Assembly: GCA_018303655.1 (NCBI GenBank)
Contig: JAGVXT010000022.1
Span: 2,633-66,632, forward strand
Origin: Candidatus Woesearchaeota archaeon
GTDB lineage: Archaea > Nanobdellota > Nanobdellia > Woesearchaeales > GW2011-AR4
Length of the DNA stretch: 64,000 nt
Reading direction: 5' to 3'
Below are positions 48,298 to 56,320 of the stretch, one piece after another. The position numbers were made by a program, and so were the translations under genes. The notes beneath the pieces are model-generated. The model was not told the origin of the DNA. It was given only the letters and a program-made list of their open reading frames with translations, and did not search any database. Each line of letters opens with the position of its first letter. Position 1 is the stretch's first letter.

Positions 48298-49050
48298 ATG
48301 AGCAAGGCAAAAATTGCAATATCCCTGGACAATTCGCTGTTAAAGCTAGTTGATTCCAAAGTAGACGGCTCTGTGATGAGAAGCAGATCGCAGGCAATAG
48401 AATACTTTTTAAAAAAAGGGCTTCAGGAGCAATCAGTCAATACTGCTGTACTGCTGCTTAAGGGCGAGCATCAGGCAGCTGCATTGAAGAAAATCAAGGG
48501 CGTTTCATTAATAAGGCACCAAATTGATTTCTTTTCGAAATACGGCATAAAAACAATATACATCATAACGCAGCACACTAAAAATATGAATTTGCTTCTT
48601 GATGAAGTCTCCAATTCCAAAATTAATGTTGAAATTGCTGAAAAACAGGCAAAGGGGAATGCAGATGCATTGTATGCTGTAAGGGATAAGATAAGCAACA
48701 GCTTTGTTGTGATGTCCGGCGACACTTACAATAATTTTGACCTGCTTAAAATGATAAAAAAGCACATGGAATCAGAAAAGCTGGCAACAATGGGCTTAAT
48801 GACAAGAGAAAAAACAAGCAACTACGGCACGGCAATCCTTGACGGTGACTTAATTGTTGATTTCCAGGAAAAGCCAAAGCACTACTCCACAAATATAGTC
48901 AATGCCGGAATCTATGTCATTAAGCCCGAGGCGTTTGAGCTTTTTGATAATGCAAACAGCCTGGAAAAAGACCTATTCCCGAAATTGGCAAGAATGAAGC
49001 AGCTGATTGGATTTTTTACATATGGGGAATATGTACATGTTGGAATTTGA
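48298..49050 (+). CDS. Ribbon-helix-helix domain fused to a sugar-nucleotidyltransferase-like domain lacking the G-rich loop
   Basis: N-terminus KIAISLDNSLLKLVDSKV...RSRSQAIEYFLKKGL is CopG/NikR-type RHH. The rest (GNADALYAV, VMSGDTYNNFDL, YGTAILDG..VDFQEKP, NAGIYVIKPE) is RmlA-like, but the GxGxR motif is replaced by LLLKGEHQ. Confidence 0.6.
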   Translation: MSKAKIAISLDNSLLKLVDSKVDGSVMRSRSQAIEYFLKKGLQEQSVNTAVLLLKGEHQAAALKKIKGVSLIRHQIDFFSKYGIKTIYIITQHTKNMNLLLDEVSNSKINVEIAEKQAKGNADALYAVRDKISNSFVVMSGDTYNNFDLLKMIKKHMESEKLATMGLMTREKTSNYGTAILDGDLIVDFQEKPKHYSTNIVNAGIYVIKPEAFELFDNANSLEKDLFPKLARMKQLIGFFTYGEYVHVGI

Positions 49051-49177
49051 CATTACAAAAGATTAATTAATGTTTCTCCTTGAGGATAATATTACCTCTT
49101 AAACGATATATTTATAAATTCATTTTTTTCCCTGAGAAAAAAATTAAACGCGAAAATAAGCTTTTTTAACTGCTGAA

Positions 49178-50344
49178 ATGAGATACCTGAAATATATTGT
49201 TAACGGACTTAATCCTAAGAAATTCTATTATATTTCATCTATATCTCTTAGAGACTCCTTAAAAAGAAGGTATCCCGCTTACGATAATGAAAAGCATATC
49301 AAAGGTGCTATGGAGTGGATGAGCTATGCGCAAAAGCAAAATAATGACGGCGGGGTAAGCGCCATGTACTCCTTGCTTGAGGGCTGGCACCCTTCCTATA
49401 TCGAAACAACAGGCTACATAATACCCACATTCCTAAACTATGGGGAAATATCAAAAAATTTTATTTACAAGAAAGAAGCAATAGAGATGGCTGATTTTGA
49501 GCTTAGAAGCCAGCTTGCTTCAGGCGCTTTTCCGGGCGGCGGGAAAAAAGACATGCCCATAGTATTCAACACCGGCCAAGTTCTTTTCGGGCTTTGCAGG
49601 GCATATGAAGAAACCAAAGACGAAAAATACAGGAAAGCAGCTGATAAAGCAGCAGACTGGCTGCTTTCAGTCATGGATGAAGACGGATGCTGGAGAAAAA
49701 ATGATTATCTTAATTACCCGCATTCGTACAATACAAGGAGCTCCCATGCGCTTTTGTATGCCTATAAAATAAGCGGAAATGCAGCATACCAAAAATCTGC
49801 GGAAAAGAACATTGACTGGAGTTTGACGCAACAACTGGAAAACGGGTGGCTGCAGAATAATGGGTTTTATCCCGAGCAGGAGCCTTTGGTTCACACAATC
49901 GCGTACTCCATCATTGGAATATTGGAAGCAGCAATCCATTCAAGAAAAAAGAAATATCTTGATGCTGCTGTCAAAGCTGCAACTGCACTAATGCACGTTC
50001 AAAGAGATGACGGCTCGCTCCAGGGCAGCTTCAACAAAGATTGGAAAAGCAGCGTAAAATGGTCATGTTTGACAGGAAACTCGCAGATGTCAATAATATG
50101 GCAGAAGCTTTTCATGGCAACAAAGCGAAAAGAATTCCTGGACGCTGCAAAAAAAAGCAATGAGTACATGAAGACAGTTCAAAACATGGCTTCTCCAAAC
50201 CCCGGAATCAGAGGCGGGATTCCAGGAGCGTATCCAATATACGGGTGGTATGCACCTTTCTGCTTTCCGAATTGGGCTGCAAAGTTCTTTGTGGATGCTA
50301 TGATGCTTGAGATGCACCCTGAAATGCATGCGAAGATTATGTGA
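49178..50344 (+). CDS. (alpha/alpha)6-toroid protein, prenyltransferase/terpene-cyclase-repeat-like
   Basis: Recurrent DGG/DGC-W/DGS-containing helical repeats: QNNDGGVS, ASGAFPGGG, DEDGCWRK, LENGWLQ, RDDGSLQGSF. Family assignment is tentative. Confidence 0.4.
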   Translation: MRYLKYIVNGLNPKKFYYISSISLRDSLKRRYPAYDNEKHIKGAMEWMSYAQKQNNDGGVSAMYSLLEGWHPSYIETTGYIIPTFLNYGEISKNFIYKKEAIEMADFELRSQLASGAFPGGGKKDMPIVFNTGQVLFGLCRAYEETKDEKYRKAADKAADWLLSVMDEDGCWRKNDYLNYPHSYNTRSSHALLYAYKISGNAAYQKSAEKNIDWSLTQQLENGWLQNNGFYPEQEPLVHTIAYSIIGILEAAIHSRKKKYLDAAVKAATALMHVQRDDGSLQGSFNKDWKSSVKWSCLTGNSQMSIIWQKLFMATKRKEFLDAAKKSNEYMKTVQNMASPNPGIRGGIPGAYPIYGWYAPFCFPNWAAKFFVDAMMLEMHPEMHAKIM

Positions 50345-50379
50345 CAAATACAACAAAATCCTAACAAAATTCCCCCAAA

Positions 50380-51273
50380 CTATTGATTCAGGAAGAACTT
50401 TCTTTCAATAAATTTGTTCAGTTTCTTCAGGATCTTCGGCTCCCTTTTAAGAAAGAAGCAGCTGAATGTGTTGAATATTCTGAAAATCTTCGGTTCGTTT
50501 TTTAGGAAGAAAAAAATGTCCTTGTCCAGCAGCTTTTGCCCTTCCTTAAAAAAAGCGCCAGCCTCCACCATTGATATTCTGCCATGGCCTAATTTGGCCT
50601 CTTTCAGCAGTTTTTTCCCAATAAGATGTTTTTCAAGATTTGACAAGAGGGTAAAAAATACCACATACTTCACATAAAAAGTAATTTCATCTTCGTATTC
50701 TTTATCGCTGTCAACTATTTTGCCCCTGATTTTTTTCATGTACCTGTATGGCACTCCGTGCATCTGCTCAATGTAGTGGACAAAAGTGCAGGACTGGAAT
50801 GGCGCGCCAAAAAATATTATTTTGCCGTTTAGCTTGTGGAGCTTTCCAAAAATGGAGTCATTGCCAAATGTGTCTTTTCCTATTCTTAATAGCTCACTCT
50901 TGTATTTGCCCCACACAGCCACCGAATGATCTGCATGAGTTGTTCTGCCGACATCAGGCAGCTTTCTAAAATATTCAGTAAGAATGCCAACTTTTGATTT
51001 GGAATTTGCCATGTCGTAAGGCTTGTTTTCTGTGAAGCTGTAAGTAAAGGTCGGCATTATTATTGTTCCAGCGCTACCGACGCTTTCTTTGAGAGTGCCT
51101 ATCAGTGTTTTCAGAAGAAATGCCGCATCAAGTGTTGATAGCTTTCCAAATGCAGAAATGTCAGAGTGTACAAAAAGGATATCGCCTTTTTTTATTCCGC
51201 ATCTCCTAAGAGCCTTGGCAATATCGGCTTGATATATACACCTCTCATTGGCTTTGTATAATGGTTTCATCAT
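50380..51273 (-). CDS. AAC(3)-family (Antibiotic_NAT-like) acyltransferase
   Basis: IKKGDILFVHSDISAFGKL, GTIIMPTFTYSF and FVHYIE. Layout of aminoglycoside 3-N-acetyltransferase-like proteins. Confidence 0.55.
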   Translation of the reverse strand: MMKPLYKANERCIYQADIAKALRRCGIKKGDILFVHSDISAFGKLSTLDAAFLLKTLIGTLKESVGSAGTIIMPTFTYSFTENKPYDMANSKSKVGILTEYFRKLPDVGRTTHADHSVAVWGKYKSELLRIGKDTFGNDSIFGKLHKLNGKIIFFGAPFQSCTFVHYIEQMHGVPYRYMKKIRGKIVDSDKEYEDEITFYVKYVVFFTLLSNLEKHLIGKKLLKEAKLGHGRISMVEAGAFFKEGQKLLDKDIFFFLKNEPKIFRIFNTFSCFFLKREPKILKKLNKFIERKFFLNQ

Positions 51274-51276
51274 TTT

Positions 51277-51714
51277 TTAGAATAATACCTGCACAATGCC
51301 CGCTCCTTTAAACACAAGCTCTTTTCCGTTCCTATACATTTCAATATTAATCTCTATTAAATTAGTTGATTTGATATTATTAACAACTTTGCCGACAATC
51401 TTAATTTTGTCGCCGATAAAAAAGGGTTTTATGAACTTGGCGTCCTGCTTGATGCAAATTGAGCTTCCTCCTGGCAGATATTCCCCGTACAGCCTCGAGA
51501 GAAAGCCGGTCAGCATGAACCCGTAGCCAATCTTCCTTTTAAATTTGGTTTTTGAGCAGAATTTGTCATCGCAATGAATCGGGCTGAAATCTCCGAATAA
51601 TTTTGCGAAAGAAGCATGGCTTTCTTCATTGATTTCAACTTCAAACTGGGCTTTATCGCCAATTTTAATATCTGAAAAAGATCTGGCTTGCCTGTGGCTT
51701 GCTGCTCTATCCAT
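51277..51714 (-). CDS. MaoC-like hotdog-fold (de)hydratase
   Basis: FAKLFGDFSPIHCDDKF and IGYGFMLTGFLSRLYG. ATG 51714 lies 1 nt after the ACP stop. Confidence 0.65.
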   Translation of the reverse strand: MDRAASHRQARSFSDIKIGDKAQFEVEINEESHASFAKLFGDFSPIHCDDKFCSKTKFKRKIGYGFMLTGFLSRLYGEYLPGGSSICIKQDAKFIKPFFIGDKIKIVGKVVNNIKSTNLIEINIEMYRNGKELVFKGAGIVQVLF

Positions 51715-51715
51715 T

Positions 51716-51934
51716 TTATTTCCTCTTTTTTGAGACAACTTCCTGCAGTTCCTTAAATGTCTTAATTTGCTCGACTTCAAGCATAGTGAACTTGACTTTC
51801 AGTTCTTTTTCAATTTCGCTGATAAGCAGGAGGTGATTAAATGAATCCCACTCTTCCGTGTTGTTGCGGGATACGTTTTCATTAATACTATCTATATTAA
51901 GCACCCTTGATACAATTTGTTTTAAGCTGTCCAT
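51716..51934 (-). CDS. Acyl carrier protein
   Basis: 72 aa and acidic. EEWDSFNHLLLISEIEKEL contains the DS(L/F) phosphopantetheine-attachment serine followed by an amphipathic helix. Confidence 0.7.
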   Translation of the reverse strand: MDSLKQIVSRVLNIDSINENVSRNNTEEWDSFNHLLLISEIEKELKVKFTMLEVEQIKTFKELQEVVSKKRK

Positions 51935-51938
51935 AATG

Positions 51939-53750
51939 CTACCTTTTTACCACTTTAATGAAATCAGGAGACTTATATTTCTTTGCGAGGTCATATTCCC
52001 AAACCTCAGTACCTGAATCTTTACTTGCTAATTTAAAGCCATTATTTTTGTAGAAATCCAGAGCAGGCGCATTCTTTTTAGTATGGACAAACTCTCCAGC
52101 CAGCACCTTGGCACCCTCATTTCCTGCCTGTTCAATGACATTCGCAAGCAAGACTTCCTCAACCTTTCTGCCAATTACCCTGCAGCTCAGCAAAAAGGTG
52201 TCTATTCTCCAGCCCTCATTTCCCTTTTCTACTATAACTGCCCCGGTTATGCCATTGTCTCCGAATTTATCCTCGATTTTTACCGATAAAACAAGAAAAT
52301 TATCGCTTCTGGAAAATTTATTGATGTCCTCTTCAGCATACCTTCTTGTTGTCATATTAAACTGGTTTGTTTTCTGCGTAAGCTGGGAAATTCTTGGTAT
52401 GCTAAAAGAATTGGCCTTTTTTATTGTAGCAACCATCTTAAGATTTTTGAGGTATCCTGTGATGTCTGATGCAGCATTTTGAAATTTATTTCTTTTTCTT
52501 TGCTCTGCGTACATTCTTCCCCTTTTCCTGTCTTCTTCTGTAAGCTGGTAGGTATCAAATTCATTTAGCTCCATTAATTTTTTAAGATAAAGGGCGGCAT
52601 CTTCAGGCATATCCACAACAAGCACTTCCGGCAAAGCGTTGCTTACAATTTCCCTGTTTAATTTATCATCATCGAAAAAAACCAGGCTGTCCATGCCTAT
52701 GTTTATCTCCTCAGCAATAGCCTTCATGTTTGATATTTTATCGTTCCAGTTTACCTGCATTGCCGCAAAATGCTCCTCCTTTAAAATCATGTACGGATGT
52801 TCCCGAAAAACCTTTAATGCGTCCTCAGGATTATTGCTGCTGTTTATTGCCAATGCAACGCCCCGGTTGAAGAGTGAAAGCAAATATTTTTGGAACTCTA
52901 AAAATGGCTTTCCTTCAGGATCAGGCCCAAGCTTTATGCCTTTGATTCCATCTTCGCCTATAATCCCGCCCCATAATATATTATCAAGATCTAAAACAAT
53001 GCATTTTCTTGTAGCCTGCACTAACGGCTTTATGTATGCAAGGTATTTATCGCATAATTCAGGCATGTATTGCAGATCTATTTTAATGTCGCCCAAAAAG
53101 TACATTTTATAATCCATGATATTCTGCCTGCCAATGCCAGAGCAAAATGAGTCGTAATCCAGGATATGCACTTGAGGATCCCTTTTGAAAGCATCCCTTA
53201 AGCCGGTATTGATTTTTTCTATGGATTCTATAAACCCAAATTCCTGCTTATTTTCAAGAATGCCCAAAGGGGAATGCAGCGGGATTTCAAAATTATGAAG
53301 TAAAATTTTTGCAGAGGAGTTATCATTTATTTTTTTTATCAAGGATACAATCTCCTTTAATTTTTCATCTACCCAAGCCTTTCTTTGTTCATTGGAAATT
53401 TGATAAGGCAAAAGATAATTATTGCCTAACAATGTTATGGTGTCTATAAAAATAATTATTAAATCAGGCTTGAATTCATAAAGCCTGCCCTTAGAGTCCA
53501 GAATCTCCTGCGAATACTGGTTGTAGTCGCCAACATAAATCTCCGGAACAACGCCAATCTCGCAGCATTTTATAAATAGAGTTTCTTTTACGCCTTTAAC
53601 GGTAAAGCTTGACAACAGAGCGATTTTAATGATTTTGCTGTTTTGCAATTGCAGCCTTTTAATTTCCCCTTCCACATCCCTATACAGGCTAAAGTAATCT
53701 GCAATTCCCCTGATTTCTTTTGAAGAAATTATTTCTTTTATGGTCTTCAT
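51939..53750 (-). CDS. FkbH-like HAD-IIIC phosphatase/loader with C-terminal GNAT-like domain
   Basis: CIVLDLDNILWGGIIGEDGIKGIKLG (DxDxT-type HAD motif of FkbH proteins), ALAINSSNN and FFDDDKLN. The C-terminus carries the VIGRKVEE... motif. Confidence 0.7.
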   Translation of the reverse strand: MKTIKEIISSKEIRGIADYFSLYRDVEGEIKRLQLQNSKIIKIALLSSFTVKGVKETLFIKCCEIGVVPEIYVGDYNQYSQEILDSKGRLYEFKPDLIIIFIDTITLLGNNYLLPYQISNEQRKAWVDEKLKEIVSLIKKINDNSSAKILLHNFEIPLHSPLGILENKQEFGFIESIEKINTGLRDAFKRDPQVHILDYDSFCSGIGRQNIMDYKMYFLGDIKIDLQYMPELCDKYLAYIKPLVQATRKCIVLDLDNILWGGIIGEDGIKGIKLGPDPEGKPFLEFQKYLLSLFNRGVALAINSSNNPEDALKVFREHPYMILKEEHFAAMQVNWNDKISNMKAIAEEINIGMDSLVFFDDDKLNREIVSNALPEVLVVDMPEDAALYLKKLMELNEFDTYQLTEEDRKRGRMYAEQRKRNKFQNAASDITGYLKNLKMVATIKKANSFSIPRISQLTQKTNQFNMTTRRYAEEDINKFSRSDNFLVLSVKIEDKFGDNGITGAVIVEKGNEGWRIDTFLLSCRVIGRKVEEVLLANVIEQAGNEGAKVLAGEFVHTKKNAPALDFYKNNGFKLASKDSGTEVWEYDLAKKYKSPDFIKVVKR

Positions 53751-53752
53751 AG

Positions 53753-54148
53753 TCAGTCAACTTCAATCACAACAGCAAATGCTATAGCCTTATCCCCGCA
53801 ATGCGATAAACTGAGGTGTACCTGCAAATTACGAAAATCTATGTCATTAATTGTTGCTATTGGAACTCCCTTTTCATTATTAAATATTTCTAATGCCTTG
53901 TAATCCAGACTTGCTTTGCCCATGCTGCTTAACGCCTTAACAATTGCTTCCTTGCCAGCATATCTTGCAGCCAGACAGGAAGCATGCACTTCCTTTGAAA
54001 AGCAATAGTCCAGCTCATTTTTTGTGAAAACCTTATTCAAAAATATATCATGATCTGTGTGATTAAGCTTTCTGAACCTGCCTATAGATTCAATGTCTGT
54101 GCCAATTGCAAAATTCTTAATCTCCATCATATTAAACCAATTTTTCAA
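53753..54148 (-). CDS. acpS: Holo-[acyl-carrier-protein] synthase (4'-phosphopantetheinyl transferase, AcpS type)
   Basis: FAIGTDIESIGRF, FTKNELDYC, LAARYAGKEAIVKAL and LSLSHCGDKAIAFAV. The start may be Met8 (54127). Confidence 0.75.
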   Translation of the reverse strand: MKNWFNMMEIKNFAIGTDIESIGRFRKLNHTDHDIFLNKVFTKNELDYCFSKEVHASCLAARYAGKEAIVKALSSMGKASLDYKALEIFNNEKGVPIATINDIDFRNLQVHLSLSHCGDKAIAFAVVIEVD

Positions 54149-55286
54149 CTTCTTTCAAAACATCGTCAATGCTGATGTTTTTCATGCATTTCTGGTAGTC
54201 ATTGCTGTTTCTTGGGTATAAACAATCCGGAACCTGGCCTTTGTGCACATTAATGCACGGGCTGAACTCGCAATTGTAGCCTTTGTACAATCCAATGTTT
54301 CCTTTTCCATAGGGTCCAAACCTTACCGGCAGATTAGGCCCAAACAACCCAAGAGTTTTAATTCCCTGGGCAGCTGCAACATGCATAGGCCCTGAATCAT
54401 TGCCGATGAAAAGCTTGCATTTGCTGATCAAATAGAACAGCTGGTTTAATGCCACCTTTCCGGCTGCATTTATTGTCTTGCCTTTTTTGTCCATTTTTTT
54501 TTGTATATTATCTATTGCTTCATTTTCATTTAAAGCGCCGACGAAAATAATTTTTACATCGTGCTTGGCTATTATCTCATCGCAAAGCTCAGCGTACTTG
54601 TCATAAGGCCACATTCTTGCTTTTGCGGACTCGGCAGCGCCAGGGGCAACGCAGGCAACAAAATCATTGCTTTTTATTCCGTTATCCTTTAAAAACTTAT
54701 CAACAAGATTCCTGTCGCTCTTGGAGAAATTTAATCTTGGCAATTTCTCAAAGTTGTAAACTATCCCCAAGGACCTCACTAAATCAAGAAATGTCTGCGC
54801 AGCATGCTGCCGGTCGTTGTATTTAATTTTTGCATCATACAATTTTGCCCTTGAATTGTGGGAATAGCCAATAATTCTTCTTCCTGCAAAAAATGAGATT
54901 ATCGCTGAAATATTCAGGTATTCCTCCATGTCTATGACCAAATCATATTTTTTAACATTCTTTAAGACAAACCCGAGAATTGACAGAGGATTCAATTTTA
55001 TTGTAATTATTCTGCTGATGTTTTTATTGCTGAAATAAACATCCTTGTTCCTTGATGTTGCCAGCACATTTACCTCTGCATTTGGAAAATCCTTTCTCAG
55101 CGCTTCAATAGAAGGCAAGGTCAAAACAGTTTCCCCTATCCCCCAAAGCTGCACAACCAGGATTTTATCAATTTTCAGCTTATTGCCATTTTTTTTTGCC
55201 TTGAATAAGCCAAGAAAATTGCACACAAAATTCCCGATATATCTGTCAATAAATTTGATTATGGCTACCATAGCCCGGAGTAACAA
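54132..55286 (-). CDS. Family 9 glycosyltransferase (heptosyltransferase-like)
   Basis: ILVVQLWGIGETVLTLPSIEALRKDFP, APGAAESAKARMWP and FIGNDSGPMHVAAAQG. Confidence 0.75.
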   Translation of the reverse strand: MLLRAMVAIIKFIDRYIGNFVCNFLGLFKAKKNGNKLKIDKILVVQLWGIGETVLTLPSIEALRKDFPNAEVNVLATSRNKDVYFSNKNISRIITIKLNPLSILGFVLKNVKKYDLVIDMEEYLNISAIISFFAGRRIIGYSHNSRAKLYDAKIKYNDRQHAAQTFLDLVRSLGIVYNFEKLPRLNFSKSDRNLVDKFLKDNGIKSNDFVACVAPGAAESAKARMWPYDKYAELCDEIIAKHDVKIIFVGALNENEAIDNIQKKMDKKGKTINAAGKVALNQLFYLISKCKLFIGNDSGPMHVAAAQGIKTLGLFGPNLPVRFGPYGKGNIGLYKGYNCEFSPCINVHKGQVPDCLYPRNSNDYQKCMKNISIDDVLKEVEKLV

Positions 55287-55317
55287 TGGACATTATTTAA
55301 ATATTATCAGAAAAACC

Positions 55318-55650
55318 TTATTTCCTGTATTTCCTCATTGCAATGTCCCGAACTACGGTCTCGAGCTTTTTCTGCACTTTTCTTGTGACAGTGTATGTAT
55401 AAAAAATGGCCGCAATTAGGAAAAGAAAGCCGCTGATAATGAGCAAATCAAGAGCCCTTAAAAACCCCCCTATTTTGACTATTGGGTCTAAGATATTCGG
55501 GAATAATGATATGGCAATGAACAATATCCATACGACAGACCAAAAGAATATTTCCTTTGATGTGAATTCCCTTCTTTTGTAGTTCAGAAAAGAGTAATAA
55601 ATCATAAACAATCCGAATAAAATGCCAGCTATCTGAATTCCCAGCACCAT
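55318..55650 (-). CDS. DUF2304-family small membrane protein
   Basis: 110 aa with 3 TM segments and a basic C-terminal helix. YKRREFTSKEIFFWSVVWILFIAISLFPNIL. Typical partner of the adjacent GT2. Confidence 0.6.
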   Translation of the reverse strand: MVLGIQIAGILFGLFMIYYSFLNYKRREFTSKEIFFWSVVWILFIAISLFPNILDPIVKIGGFLRALDLLIISGFLFLIAAIFYTYTVTRKVQKKLETVVRDIAMRKYRK

Positions 55651-55651
55651 T

Positions 55652-56320
55652 TTACCTATTGTTGAACAATTTCCACCAAACCATGTTCAGGACTATTTTT
55701 ATGCCGTCTATTATTGTCGTGCCCTTGTACTTGTCGGAGTATATTGTTTGTATGGGAATCTGCACGTATTTTAAACTTTGCTTTCCTGCCCTTGATATCA
55801 TTTCGGACTCCATTGAATAGTCTGGAGCATTCCACCTTATCCTCTTGTATGCCTCTTTTGAAAAAGCGCGGAATCCGCATTGGGTGTCATTCAACCCGAT
55901 TCCATACAAAACTTTCACAACATTGGATATAAACAAGTTTCCCAGGCGAAGCACCAAGGGCATTTTGCTGCTTGCTTTCCTGTAGCTGAAAACTATGTCA
56001 TATTTTTGCAATTTCTCGATAAAGCGCGGTATGTCTTCAGGCCTGTGCTGGGAATCAGCGTCCAGAACAATAGCATATCCTGCGCCGTTTTTGAAGGCAT
56101 AATCGCATCCGGTTTTAAGGGCAGCGCCTTTGCCAAGATTTACTATATGGACAAGCACAACAGCGCCTGATTTTTCAGCAAGCTTCTTTGTATTGTCTGT
56201 GCTGCCGTCATCAACAATCACAACATTGCCTACATATTTCTTAGTCTTCTTTATTACATCTGCAATGTTCTTCTGCTCATTGCGGGCAGGTATCACAGCC
56301 CATACATCGCTTATTTTCAT
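55652..56320 (-). CDS. Family 2 glycosyltransferase (polyprenol-phosphate sugar synthase-like)
   Basis: WAVIPARNEQKNI, VIVDDGSTDNT, VLDADSQHRP and NDTQCGFRAF. Confidence 0.8.
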   Translation of the reverse strand: MKISDVWAVIPARNEQKNIADVIKKTKKYVGNVVIVDDGSTDNTKKLAEKSGAVVLVHIVNLGKGAALKTGCDYAFKNGAGYAIVLDADSQHRPEDIPRFIEKLQKYDIVFSYRKASSKMPLVLRLGNLFISNVVKVLYGIGLNDTQCGFRAFSKEAYKRIRWNAPDYSMESEMISRAGKQSLKYVQIPIQTIYSDKYKGTTIIDGIKIVLNMVWWKLFNNR

